Shown here: piece by piece, positions 35,375 through 44,465 of the stretch | Numbering within the stretch: position 1 is the stretch's first letter | How the letters are laid out: each line of letters starts with the position of its first letter | From: Candidatus Enterousia sp. | GTDB taxonomy: Bacteria; Pseudomonadota; Alphaproteobacteria; Rs-D84 | Reading direction: 5' to 3' | Length of the DNA stretch: 64,000 nt | NCBI GenBank assembly: GCA_045613445.1 | Contig: JAZLAZ010000020.1 | Span: 10,433-74,432, forward strand | Made by a program: the position numbers and the translations under genes | The notes under the pieces: generated by a model | The model's database searches: none | The model's input: only the letters and a program-made list of their open reading frames with translations | Told to the model about the DNA's origin: nothing

Positions 35375-35543
35375 CTCTCCGCTTTCCCCTGTGATGTTTA
35401 TTTTATCATATTTTATGGTGTAAAAATTTGCACCTTGGTCAGAAAAAGTGAAATAAAGCACTTGATTTTTATAAAAAAGCGATTTTTTTGTTGGCTAAAT
35501 TATAACTTGCCAACGCTGGATTTGATTGCTAATCTATATCAAT

Positions 35544-36044
35544 ATGAGATGTCCATATTGTAATTCTACTGACAGTCGTGTGACAGATTCGCGTCCAGAT
35601 ACCGAAGACGCGATTATTCGTCGTCGTCGTGTGTGTGAACAATGTGGGGCAAAATTCACAACAGTTGAACGCATCCAAATGCGTGATTTAATGGTTCGTA
35701 AAAATAGTGGAAAGTTAGAAGCTTTTGATCGTGAAAAATTGCGCCGCAGTATTAAATTAGCATGTCGTAATCGTGATGTCGGTGATGAACAAATTGAAAA
35801 GTTGGTTACATCAATTCATCGTCGATTAGAAACAGAAACACCAGATGATACTGTTACCAGTGTACAAGTTGGTCAGATGGTGTCGGATTCTTTGTTGAAT
35901 TTAGATCCGATTGCGTTTGTACGCTTTGTTTCCGTTTATCGTAAGTTTTCACGCATATCGGATTTTAAGAAAATTATCGACAAAATACCAGAAGATGACG
36001 ATAACGCAATTGTATGCAAGTTGCCAAAAAATTCGCTGTTCTGA
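35544..36044 (+). CDS. nrdR: Transcriptional repressor NrdR
   Basis: 'MRCPYCNSTDSRVTDSR...RRRRVCEQCGAKFTTVE' zinc ribbon plus an ATP-cone. Confidence 0.95.
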   Translation: MRCPYCNSTDSRVTDSRPDTEDAIIRRRRVCEQCGAKFTTVERIQMRDLMVRKNSGKLEAFDREKLRRSIKLACRNRDVGDEQIEKLVTSIHRRLETETPDDTVTSVQVGQMVSDSLLNLDPIAFVRFVSVYRKFSRISDFKKIIDKIPEDDDNAIVCKLPKNSLF

Positions 36045-36048
36045 TAAA

Positions 36049-37773
36049 ATGAAGAAAATTTTTGCTCTTTTTATTGCTCTGTTTGTTCCGCAAAGTTTGT
36101 GGGCGTTGCAGTTGCCACAAATTTTTACTGATGTTGATGCCAGTCTGTATCGACAGATATTTGTTTTGCAGGATAAGGAAAAAATAAATACTGCGATAAA
36201 TGTCCAAAGTCAGATTGCAGATAATTTGTTGATGAATGAGGTGTTATATCAGCGATATATTTCAGATACATATCATACACGTGGTCGTGAAATTGCATCG
36301 TGGATGGAACAGTACTATAATATGCCTGGGGCCAAGCGTATGGAAAAATTGGCCAAGATAAAACAAACAACTGTTCGCAAGGCTGTTGTTCCAAATGTAA
36401 TCAGTGGTTCTGAATCAATTGATACTGCGCAATCCGAAACATGGACAGAAAAAAAGTATGCTGGAAATGCAGAAAAAAAGATAAATGAATTTAAGCGCGC
36501 AATTCGTAGTGGGTCAACCAAGGTTGCGCGTCAGATTCTGGAAGACAAATTATTCAAAAAGAAACTGACAGAATCTGATTATGGACGTTTGGCAGGTAGA
36601 TTGTCTTATTTGTATTACACCAATGGCGAAATGGAATTAGCAAAAAAGTGGGGTTTTATTGCATCTGATGCAAAATCAGAATATGGTTTGTGGTCAATGG
36701 GGTTGTTGTATTTCAAAGAAGAAAACTATATTGAATCACAAAAGTATTTCAGCCGAATTTTAGATTTGCCACAAATCAATAATGCCCGTAAGACCGAAGC
36801 TGCTTTTTGGGCAGGACGTGCTGCAGATTTCAAGGGCGATCGTGAAAACGCAAAGCGTTATTGGCGTATTGCTGCAACATATCCGATGGCTTTTTATGGC
36901 GCATTGTCGGCGGTAATGTTGGGACAACAGCCACATTATGAATTCTTTGAAAACGAAGCTACAGAAGAAGATGTAGCAGAACTGATGAATACAAAATATG
37001 GAAAAATGGCATTGGCTTTGTTGCAGGTCGGACGCAAGGATAGAGCCGAAGAATACTTGAAGTATTTAATTACACCAAAGGCGTCTGACAGAACATTGCA
37101 TGCGATAAATTCAATTGCATCTGAATATGGCTTGCCACGGGTTTCAATTCAATCTGCCAGTGTCATTAAAGATAGGGGTATTTTGGAAATCGATGATGAT
37201 ATTATTTATTCTGCCCAGTATCCATTACCTGATTGGGAACCAATGGGTGGTTGGTCAATTGATAGGGCATTATTGTTGGCAATTACAAAACAAGAAAGTA
37301 ATTTCAGAACAACTGCAAAATCAGGGGCAGGGGCAAATGGCGTAATGCAAATTATGCCAAGTACTGCGAAAAAAATTGCACGTGCAAACAAGGTCGATTT
37401 ATCCCAAATGGATATGTCAAATCCAGAACATAATATGTATCTGGGACAACAGTATATTGTTGATTTGTTACAGCATCAAAGTATTGAAAACAATATTATA
37501 AAAATGTTGGCCGCATATAATGCAGGTATGGGTACAATGGTAAAGTTTGAAAAATCTTTTTATACATATGATCCATTGTTATATATTGAAAGCTTTCCTG
37601 CATATGAAACACGCAGTTATATAAAACGCGTTATGTCTAATCTGTGGTTGTATCGTGCCAGATTGAATCAGCCGCTGACATCAATGAAAGAATTAGCACA
37701 TGGAAATTGGCCGTTGTATAACAGCGAAGATGCGTATGTACAACAGCAAATCAGACAACGTATGATGATATAA
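36049..37773 (+). CDS. Soluble lytic murein transglycosylase (Slt family)
   Basis: Signal peptide MKKIFALFIALFVPQSLWA. 'LLLAITKQESNFRTTAKSGAGANGVMQIMPSTA' is the SLT catalytic domain, with a helical-repeat N-terminal region. Confidence 0.85.
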   Translation: MKKIFALFIALFVPQSLWALQLPQIFTDVDASLYRQIFVLQDKEKINTAINVQSQIADNLLMNEVLYQRYISDTYHTRGREIASWMEQYYNMPGAKRMEKLAKIKQTTVRKAVVPNVISGSESIDTAQSETWTEKKYAGNAEKKINEFKRAIRSGSTKVARQILEDKLFKKKLTESDYGRLAGRLSYLYYTNGEMELAKKWGFIASDAKSEYGLWSMGLLYFKEENYIESQKYFSRILDLPQINNARKTEAAFWAGRAADFKGDRENAKRYWRIAATYPMAFYGALSAVMLGQQPHYEFFENEATEEDVAELMNTKYGKMALALLQVGRKDRAEEYLKYLITPKASDRTLHAINSIASEYGLPRVSIQSASVIKDRGILEIDDDIIYSAQYPLPDWEPMGGWSIDRALLLAITKQESNFRTTAKSGAGANGVMQIMPSTAKKIARANKVDLSQMDMSNPEHNMYLGQQYIVDLLQHQSIENNIIKMLAAYNAGMGTMVKFEKSFYTYDPLLYIESFPAYETRSYIKRVMSNLWLYRARLNQPLTSMKELAHGNWPLYNSEDAYVQQQIRQRMMI

Positions 37774-37804
37774 AAATCCCCCCATTTTTGGGGGGCTTTT
37801 TATT
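37772..37804. terminator. Bidirectional terminator (AAAAATCCCCCC-ATTTTT-GGGGGGCTTTTT)
   Basis: Between convergent slt and grpE. Confidence 0.85.
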
Positions 37805-38306
37805 TTGCGACGATTACCATTGCGGTTCGTAAAACTGTGTCACCAAACATGTAACCAGATTGCATTTCATCAACGATTATATTTGATGCGTGTTCGGGTG
37901 ATTCAATAACTTGAATCGCATTATGATGCATTGGGTTTAATGTCTGACCAATTGATTCTATTTTTGTTATACCAATGTCTTGAAATGCGGATTCCAAGGC
38001 CAGTGCCATTGATTTAATACCTGCATCATCAGGTGTGTGTTTTAATGCCGCGTTTACTGCATCCATCACAGGTAAAATCTTTTGTGCAACAGACATTGCA
38101 CGATTTCTGGCACGTGATTCTGCATCCAATGCACTGCGACGACGGGTGTTTTCAAGTTCCGCCGCCAAACGCAAATATTTATCATTCATATCTGCCAATT
38201 GCGCAGTCAATTTTTCTATCTCTGGTTTTGCAACATTTTCAGTCGTTATGTTTGTGGCATCATCTATTGATACTTCTTCTATTTTTACTTCTTTGTCATC
38301 TGTCAT
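37800..38306 (-). CDS. grpE: Nucleotide exchange factor GrpE
   Basis: 'DKYLRLAAELENTRRR' and 'FDPMHH-like NPMHHNAIQV'. 168 aa. Confidence 0.92.
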   Translation of the reverse strand: MTDDKEVKIEEVSIDDATNITTENVAKPEIEKLTAQLADMNDKYLRLAAELENTRRRSALDAESRARNRAMSVAQKILPVMDAVNAALKHTPDDAGIKSMALALESAFQDIGITKIESIGQTLNPMHHNAIQVIESPEHASNIIVDEMQSGYMFGDTVLRTAMVIVAK

Positions 38307-38338
38307 ATTTTTAACCTATGTTTTGCAATACTATAAAA

Positions 38339-39043
38339 TTATTTTACACTGGTTATTATAGGTATGAAATCATCGCTTTTCAAGGATGCGCCGCCAACCA
38401 ATACCCCATCAACATGTGGTATCGACATTATTTCTGCGGCGTTACTGCCTTTGACTGATGCGCCGTATAAAATTGGTGTGCCGCCCAGTCCCATGTCAGT
38501 CAATATTTTGGCAATAAATTCATGGGCAGATACTATTTCTTCGCGTGTTGGGGTGATACCTGCGCCAATCGCCCAACGCGGTTCATATGCAATGATAATA
38601 TCTGATTGTACATCAGATGGTACAGATTCACGCAGACCGCTTTCAATAATTTCTAGCGTTTTGCCAGCCTGCTTTTCTTCCATTGTTTCACCAATGCAAA
38701 TAATAGGTGTTAAACCATTTGCCAATGCTAATTCTACCTTGACGCGAACAGTAGTGTTTGTATCCCCATGATACTGGCGGCATTCGCTGTGGCCAATAAT
38801 TGTATATTTTGCACCGGTGTTAGCCACCATTGATGCAGATACTTCGCCTGTGTATGCGCCGTGTGTGTGCGCGCTGATGTCTTGGGATGCCAATGCAATT
38901 GATCCAGATTCTGTACACAGCATTGTATATGGAACGCATAAAATCACCGTATTGTTCGTGTCAATTGATGACAGGTCTGATATCATTTGTTTTAATGTAC
39001 TGTATGTGCCGTTCATTTTCCAGTTGCCAGCAATAATTTTCAT
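38339..39043 (-). CDS. tpiA: Triosephosphate isomerase
   Basis: 'IAGNWKMNG', 'IGHSECR', 'ICIGE' and 'YEPRWAIGAG'. Start trimmed to ATG 39043. Confidence 0.95.
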   Translation of the reverse strand: MKIIAGNWKMNGTYSTLKQMISDLSSIDTNNTVILCVPYTMLCTESGSIALASQDISAHTHGAYTGEVSASMVANTGAKYTIIGHSECRQYHGDTNTTVRVKVELALANGLTPIICIGETMEEKQAGKTLEIIESGLRESVPSDVQSDIIIAYEPRWAIGAGITPTREEIVSAHEFIAKILTDMGLGGTPILYGASVKGSNAAEIMSIPHVDGVLVGGASLKSDDFIPIITSVK

Positions 39044-39111
39044 TGAAAAATTCCTTTTTTTCGTTGCTTTTATATGTTTCGTTTTGCTATGGTATCGCAA
39101 AAGGGGAACAA

Positions 39112-40527
39112 ATGCTAGAATATTTAAGAAACGCATCAGAAAAACCAGTCGCAAAAATTTTAATCAGTATATTGGCCTTCTCATTTGTGGGATGGGGGGT
39201 TGCAGAATGGATTTTTGGCGGATCGGTTGGTGATAATACATTGATAAATGTCGGAAGTGCTGAAATTTCTGCACAACAGTTCAGTTCTGAAAAGTCGCGC
39301 GAATTGGCACAAATGACGCGTGATGAACAACGCGCTGTGTATGCGGATGAACAATCGCAGGCTGAATTTGCACAACAGGTTTTGACTAAACTTGCAACAC
39401 GACAGATGGCACAAAATCGTGCAAACGATTTGAATCTGGTTGTCAGTGATAAACGAATCGCACAAGAAATTCGTGATATGCCAGAATTTCAGGTAAATGG
39501 TGCGTTTTCAACATTTGAATTTGATAATGTTTTGAATAATTCTGGTTACACAGAAGCGGAATTTGCGAATGCGTTGCGCGGTCAGGTTGCTAGATCTATG
39601 GTGTTGGGGGCTGTGTCAGAACCTGTGGCGGTGCCAGAATTTGCTGTGTTGGCGGCATATAATGCCAGATATGGAAAACGCGATATCGAATATACAACTG
39701 TAAAGTATTCTGATTTTGATGTTGCAGAACCAAATGATAAACAGTTACAAGAATTTTATAAACAAAATCCACAAACTGTGCCAGAAACCAGATCTGTTTC
39801 ATACGTGTTTGTCGAGACAGATATGAGTCAGCCTGATAAATATGATGAAGGTTATGCGACTGCTGTAAAAATCGAAGATGATATTATCGCAGGTGATGCG
39901 ATGGTCGATGCAGCAAAAAAGCATAATGCAAAGTTTGTGAAATTAAAATCGTTTAGTCGTGATAAACGTCCTGTGGACAAATTGCTTACAGATGCAATGA
40001 TTGATAAAATCTTTGATATGGATGCCGGTCTGGAAAGCGAAATGATTGAAACAAAAGACGGATTTTTATTCATTCGTGTTGATGTAATAGATTCTGCGCA
40101 TACAGCAAGTTTTGCGTCGGTAAAAAAATCATTGATAAATGATTGGAAAAAAGCAGAACAGAAAAAACAGGCATATGTTCGTGCAAATGAAATGTTGCTT
40201 GCTTTGAATAACAAAGGCGGTAAATTGGCGGATAAAAAATCTGTGACAGTATCGCGTGCAGATGGTGCGCCAGCAGAATTGTTGGTATCTGTATTTCGTA
40301 ATAAAGTTGGACAAAATTCAATTGAAAATGGTACGGATGCTTTCTATGTGTTGCGTGTAAAATCTGCAACTGCACCAAAAGTTGATAAAGAAAAAATGGA
40401 TAGTTTGCGTAAAGAATTGGAGCATTTGTCTGTAACAGGATTGCAAGAAGATTATAATTCTTTCTTGATGCGTGAATATCCAGTAAAGATAAATGACAAG
40501 GTTTATAACCGTGTGTTTGGAAAATAA
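39112..40527 (+). CDS. PpiD-like periplasmic chaperone (SurA_N-type, membrane-anchored)
   Basis: 'MLEYLRNASEKPVAKILISILAFSFVGWG' is a PpiD-type anchor, with a long helical/chaperone region. Divergent from tpiA. The parvulin core is not clearly seen. Confidence 0.6.
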   Translation: MLEYLRNASEKPVAKILISILAFSFVGWGVAEWIFGGSVGDNTLINVGSAEISAQQFSSEKSRELAQMTRDEQRAVYADEQSQAEFAQQVLTKLATRQMAQNRANDLNLVVSDKRIAQEIRDMPEFQVNGAFSTFEFDNVLNNSGYTEAEFANALRGQVARSMVLGAVSEPVAVPEFAVLAAYNARYGKRDIEYTTVKYSDFDVAEPNDKQLQEFYKQNPQTVPETRSVSYVFVETDMSQPDKYDEGYATAVKIEDDIIAGDAMVDAAKKHNAKFVKLKSFSRDKRPVDKLLTDAMIDKIFDMDAGLESEMIETKDGFLFIRVDVIDSAHTASFASVKKSLINDWKKAEQKKQAYVRANEMLLALNNKGGKLADKKSVTVSRADGAPAELLVSVFRNKVGQNSIENGTDAFYVLRVKSATAPKVDKEKMDSLRKELEHLSVTGLQEDYNSFLMREYPVKINDKVYNRVFGK

Positions 40528-40554
40528 AAAAATCCCCAATTTGGGGATTTTTTT
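40526..40554. terminator. Bidirectional terminator (AAAAAAATCCCC-AATT-TGGGGATTTTTTT)
   Basis: Between the convergent ppiD-like gene and virB11. Confidence 0.85.
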
Positions 40555-41512
40555 AGACTACTTCGGTTACTGCACGTAATGAACCATCACGCGATAATTG
40601 AACAACGCGAATTTTCTTTTTCATTTCGGCAATTAAATCTGTGCGATTGTATGCAGGTTGTGTGTGTAAAATTCTGTCAGCAAATGCAGCATATGCAGCA
40701 TCAGCACTTTCTGCGTGAATTGTTGTATAAAAATGATCGTGCCCAGTACCCAACATTTCCCACAGCACAGATGCGTTATCTGTTGAAATTTCACCGCCAA
40801 TAATCACATCTGGGGTCATGCGTACAACCAAATCCAGTAAACGGGCATAGTTAAAATTATTTGTTTGTTCTGTGCGCGATAATACAAAGTGAACACGATT
40901 CGCCTGGGGCACACGAATTTCACGTGCGTCTTCGACAGTAATAACACGACTGTTTTGGTCAATCAGTGTCAGCATGTGATTCAAAAATGTTGTTTTCCCT
41001 GTTGATGTTGCGCCACTGATTAAAATTGGACTGCCGTCATTTATTGCAGACATCAATCTGTCATATGGATCGTCTGGACGAACGCTTTCACGTGGTTTTA
41101 CTTTTAATAATTGTTCCCCACGACGCAGGTGATAGTTTTCAAAACTGGTATCATGTGTGCCACCACCACGGATGTTTAATGCCACGCCACCAGTAATATC
41201 GCGTTCGTCATATTGAACATTGGGGCCAGCAATCGCAGTGAAACGATGATTGCCCGGTAATGTTGCATAAACCACAGGCATACCATGTATCGGATCAAAT
41301 GGACGTTCGTAAATATTTGCAACAGTATGAATTAAATCAATCAAGTATTGTTTGCTTAAAACTTCTGATTGATATGATACCCATGAAACGCGTGCACCAT
41401 GCAGACGCATCCATACTTCGCCAGCATGATTTATGGCTATTTCTTCTACGAACGATGGTTTGTAGAATTCTTCCAGTGGCTTTAATAAAGATTCCAGAAC
41501 AATATTTGACAT
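40553..41512 (-). CDS. virB11: VirB11-family type IV secretion ATPase (orphan in this window)
   Basis: 'FVEEIAINHAGEVWMRLHG' N-domain, Walker A 'ISGATSTGKTTFLN', 'RVITVEDAREI' and a His-box 'GTGHDHFYTTIHA'. About 320 aa. Confidence 0.7.
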   Translation of the reverse strand: MSNIVLESLLKPLEEFYKPSFVEEIAINHAGEVWMRLHGARVSWVSYQSEVLSKQYLIDLIHTVANIYERPFDPIHGMPVVYATLPGNHRFTAIAGPNVQYDERDITGGVALNIRGGGTHDTSFENYHLRRGEQLLKVKPRESVRPDDPYDRLMSAINDGSPILISGATSTGKTTFLNHMLTLIDQNSRVITVEDAREIRVPQANRVHFVLSRTEQTNNFNYARLLDLVVRMTPDVIIGGEISTDNASVLWEMLGTGHDHFYTTIHAESADAAYAAFADRILHTQPAYNRTDLIAEMKKKIRVVQLSRDGSLRAVTEVV

Positions 41513-41593
41513 CAATATGATTTTATCATAAATCGTGACTTGAATCAAAACGCTTTATTTGATAAAATTAAAAAAAAGTAAGAGAGAAATATT

Positions 41594-42151
41594 ATGAAAA
41601 AAATATCTTTATTATCAGTGTTGTGCGCATTGACATTGTGTGCATGTACAACTGGAACGACATATAACGAACAGGATTTTGCCCAGGGTGGGCCAGATGC
41701 ACCGTTGTATAACGAAAGAACCAGTGAATTTATGCAGGCTGATAATCAGTATTCAAATATTGATTCTTTTAAGCCAAAAACAGATGCAGAAAAAGAACAG
41801 ATCAGTAATCGCTGGGAAACATCACGCAAGGAAACAAGATGGCAAGAATACAAAGGGGCAATGGTGCGTGTTGAAATATTGTTGGGTAATACCGATTTAC
41901 GTGAAATGCGTCTGCGTTTGATGCAAAATGCAGATGGTATGGATATTGATGGTGATACACGTTCTGTTTTGGCGGCTGTTGCAGATTATGAAATGAAGCG
42001 CGTATGTGGTCGCAATGCGGACAGTATTGTTATGGTGTTTGATAAACCATCTTTTGATGTGATGCGTCCAACACCGTACTTTGATTACAGAATCGAGGCC
42101 GAAGGAACGACAATGCGTGAATATGGTTTCAGATGTGTATATAACAAATAG
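41594..42151 (+). CDS. Hypothetical lipoprotein
   Basis: [18 protein letters not shown] has a lipobox-like end. No recognisable domain. Confidence 0.55.
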   Translation: MKKISLLSVLCALTLCACTTGTTYNEQDFAQGGPDAPLYNERTSEFMQADNQYSNIDSFKPKTDAEKEQISNRWETSRKETRWQEYKGAMVRVEILLGNTDLREMRLRLMQNADGMDIDGDTRSVLAAVADYEMKRVCGRNADSIVMVFDKPSFDVMRPTPYFDYRIEAEGTTMREYGFRCVYNK

Positions 42152-42173
42152 TATAAACAACAAAGAGGGAAGT

Positions 42174-42503
42174 ATGAAAAAAATTATATCAGTTATGGGG
42201 GTATTATCGATGATTGGTTTAACAGCATGTGACGCTGCACAAACTGCGAAAAATGGTGATACAGTTGTAATCAATTTTGCAGGATTTTTAGATGGTGTTC
42301 AATTCCCGGGTGGTACTGCCGAAGCGTATCCATTGACATTGGGTAGTGGTGCATTTGTTCCAGGGTTTGAAGAACAATTGGTTGGTATGGCAGAAGGGGA
42401 AGAACGTGATATAAATATCACATTCCCAGAACAATATGTCGAAGGTTTAGCAGGCAAGGCCGTTGTGTTCAAGGTGAAGATAGTCGATATCTTGGAAAAA
42501 TAA
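42174..42503 (+). CDS. Small FKBP-type peptidyl-prolyl isomerase lipoprotein (trigger-factor-like PPIase domain only)
   Basis: [19 protein letters not shown] lipobox. '[45 protein letters not shown]' matches an FKBP_C/trigger-factor PPIase. Confidence 0.75.
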   Translation: MKKIISVMGVLSMIGLTACDAAQTAKNGDTVVINFAGFLDGVQFPGGTAEAYPLTLGSGAFVPGFEEQLVGMAEGEERDINITFPEQYVEGLAGKAVVFKVKIVDILEK

Positions 42504-42531
42504 AAAAAATCCCCGTTTGGGGATTTTTTTT
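42503..42531. terminator. Bidirectional terminator (AAAAAAAATCCCC-GTTT-GGGGATTTTTTTT)
   Basis: Between the FKBP gene and the end of the Cys-rich operon. Confidence 0.85.
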
Positions 42532-42548
42532 ACTGAATATTTTATTTT

Positions 42549-44465
42549 TTATGCATCACATTTACCAGATTTGATAGATATGTCAACGCGGCGACATTTT
42601 GCGCGTTCTGCTGGTGTGCTATATTTGTCTGTTGGGGTGCATTCTGATTCTCCCTTGCTGATGATTCTGTAACCTGATTCTGGCAATTTGCCGTTTGATG
42701 TCCCGATCAGTACCCTGGCAACAGTTTGGGCGCGTTCTTTTGATAGTTTGTTATTGAAATCTGTTTTGCCTGTCCAGTCTGCGTGACCTGTGAATGTCAG
42801 ACATATATCTGAAAACAGACTTGAAGTTGCGTTTGGATATTGTTCAGCAATTTTCTCCCAGATGCTTGCAATCAGTTTTTCTTTGTTCGGATCAGTGATT
42901 GTGGATTGATTACTGTCAAAGAATGCGTCTGATGATATTGAAATAGTTGCGATTTCTTCTACTGCTTCTTCTTCCTCTTCTTCTGGGGGTGGCGGATTAT
43001 AAACTTTGCTTTTTATTAGTGTTGTATCAAGCGGGGTTGTGTCAACAGTCAAAGGTGTGATAGATGTCTTTTCGCATTTGCCGTTCTGTAATTGATATCC
43101 AAGCCTACATTTACATTCTGAAGCCACAGGCCTTGCGTTTTCAATACATTTACAAGTTTTATCATCAATCAGTCCAGTTAGTTTGCATTTACAATCGTTG
43201 CTGTTGGCGTCATATGTTGCAACATCGTCGTCGCATTTACATGTTGTATCATCATAGAAACGTTTCAATGGACATATGCATTGTGTGCCATTGGATGATT
43301 TTGTTGCATGGTTGATGCATGAACAGTCTGATGGATTTAATAAAGAATTGTTGGCTAAATTACATTTTTTTTGTATGCATACATCATTGACAAGTTCTTG
43401 GTTGGATTCACATGGAACACATGCACCGTCAGTGTATTGATGATTTTGTTTTTTGCAGTTACAATTTGGATGTGTTCCTGTGGCGTCATCGGGGCATTGT
43501 GGTGATGGCAAATTGTCTATTTCTGTTTGGACTTCTTGGAATGCCTGTTTTAATTTTGCGTATTTTGCATTTATTTTATCGGAATTTTCCTGTGGCCCTT
43601 TGGCGTTTATGGATAGGTTTGCAAGTAAACTGCCTGCTGCACCAACGCCTGCTGTAATTGCGCCTGTTTTCAGTTTTTTTGCGGTTTCTTCGCGTTGTGC
43701 TGCCCACATTTTTGCGTCTTTGCCGTCTGGATTTGACAGTGCGCGGGACAATGATGCATATGTCCCAGATGTAATGCCAGTTCCAACATCGTCATATAAA
43801 CCAGATGTCGCGCTGTCTAAAATAGTTTCTGATTCAATGCCTGGTTTTACCCCCAGTGCGTTTTTACGTGTTTTTAAATCGTTTGCCAATGCGACATATT
43901 CGCTGTACAGGTCAATCAGTTCATTGCCCCCAGGCAAGTCGACAGATGTTTTTCCACCAGAAACACGATTGTCACCGTATTCACATGTGAATGTTGCAAG
44001 GTATGCAGTCATTGCCTGTTCTGCATTGTTGTCCGCAGACTGTTCAGATAATGCAGATGCCAGTTGCATACCCCCAATACCGGTTGCACCAATACCGGCA
44101 GCACCTATCAATTTATTTGCAGTTGATTGTTCTTTGTTGCGCATTGCGTCTGCGTTTTCGCGCAATTCAGATATCTGTTGGTTCTGAGCTTCGTCAAGGG
44201 TCTGGGGTGTTTTACCTTTTTGGTTTTGTTGCGTGTTTGTTATTGAATGTTCTGCCAACATTTTATTACGCATTTCTTGTAATTTATTATATTCTTTATT
44301 TTTTAATTTATCTTTGTATTCATCTAAAATAGATTGTGATTGTGTTTCAAAAATTTCCCATGCCTGTTCAATTGTTGATGCATTTGTAAATGGATTGTTT
44401 TCAGCTGCTGCAAATGCAGGTAATGTTAAAATTGTCAGTAAAGATATTACATATAATGTTTTCAT
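42549..44465 (-). CDS. Secreted Cys-repeat protein with a C-terminal OmpA-like peptidoglycan-binding domain (P3; last gene of the four-gene operon)
   Basis: Signal peptide MKTLYVISLLTILTLPAFA. Glycine zippers LIGAAGIGATGIGGM and GAITAGVGAAGSLLA. About 10 CxC/Cx2C repeats (CNCKK, CSCINH, CICPLK, CKCDDD, CKCKL, CKCIEN, CKCRLGYQLQNGKCEK). Poly-Glu. 'FTGHADWTGKTDFNNKLSKERAQTVARVL...CRRVDISI' is OmpA_C. Confidence 0.8.
   Translation of the reverse strand: MKTLYVISLLTILTLPAFAAAENNPFTNASTIEQAWEIFETQSQSILDEYKDKLKNKEYNKLQEMRNKMLAEHSITNTQQNQKGKTPQTLDEAQNQQISELRENADAMRNKEQSTANKLIGAAGIGATGIGGMQLASALSEQSADNNAEQAMTAYLATFTCEYGDNRVSGGKTSVDLPGGNELIDLYSEYVALANDLKTRKNALGVKPGIESETILDSATSGLYDDVGTGITSGTYASLSRALSNPDGKDAKMWAAQREETAKKLKTGAITAGVGAAGSLLANLSINAKGPQENSDKINAKYAKLKQAFQEVQTEIDNLPSPQCPDDATGTHPNCNCKKQNHQYTDGACVPCESNQELVNDVCIQKKCNLANNSLLNPSDCSCINHATKSSNGTQCICPLKRFYDDTTCKCDDDVATYDANSNDCKCKLTGLIDDKTCKCIENARPVASECKCRLGYQLQNGKCEKTSITPLTVDTTPLDTTLIKSKVYNPPPPEEEEEEAVEEIATISISSDAFFDSNQSTITDPNKEKLIASIWEKIAEQYPNATSSLFSDICLTFTGHADWTGKTDFNNKLSKERAQTVARVLIGTSNGKLPESGYRIISKGESECTPTDKYSTPAERAKCRRVDISIKSGKCDA

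Noticed and set aside
34274-35543. A restriction endonuclease partner for the DPPY methyltransferase, and a CtrA box (TTAA-N7-TTAA) in its promoter
   Set aside because: The flanking genes are an autotransporter and nrdR, so the methyltransferase is an orphan. I found no TTAA-N7-TTAA in 35375-35543 by eye, so no claim of CtrA control is made.
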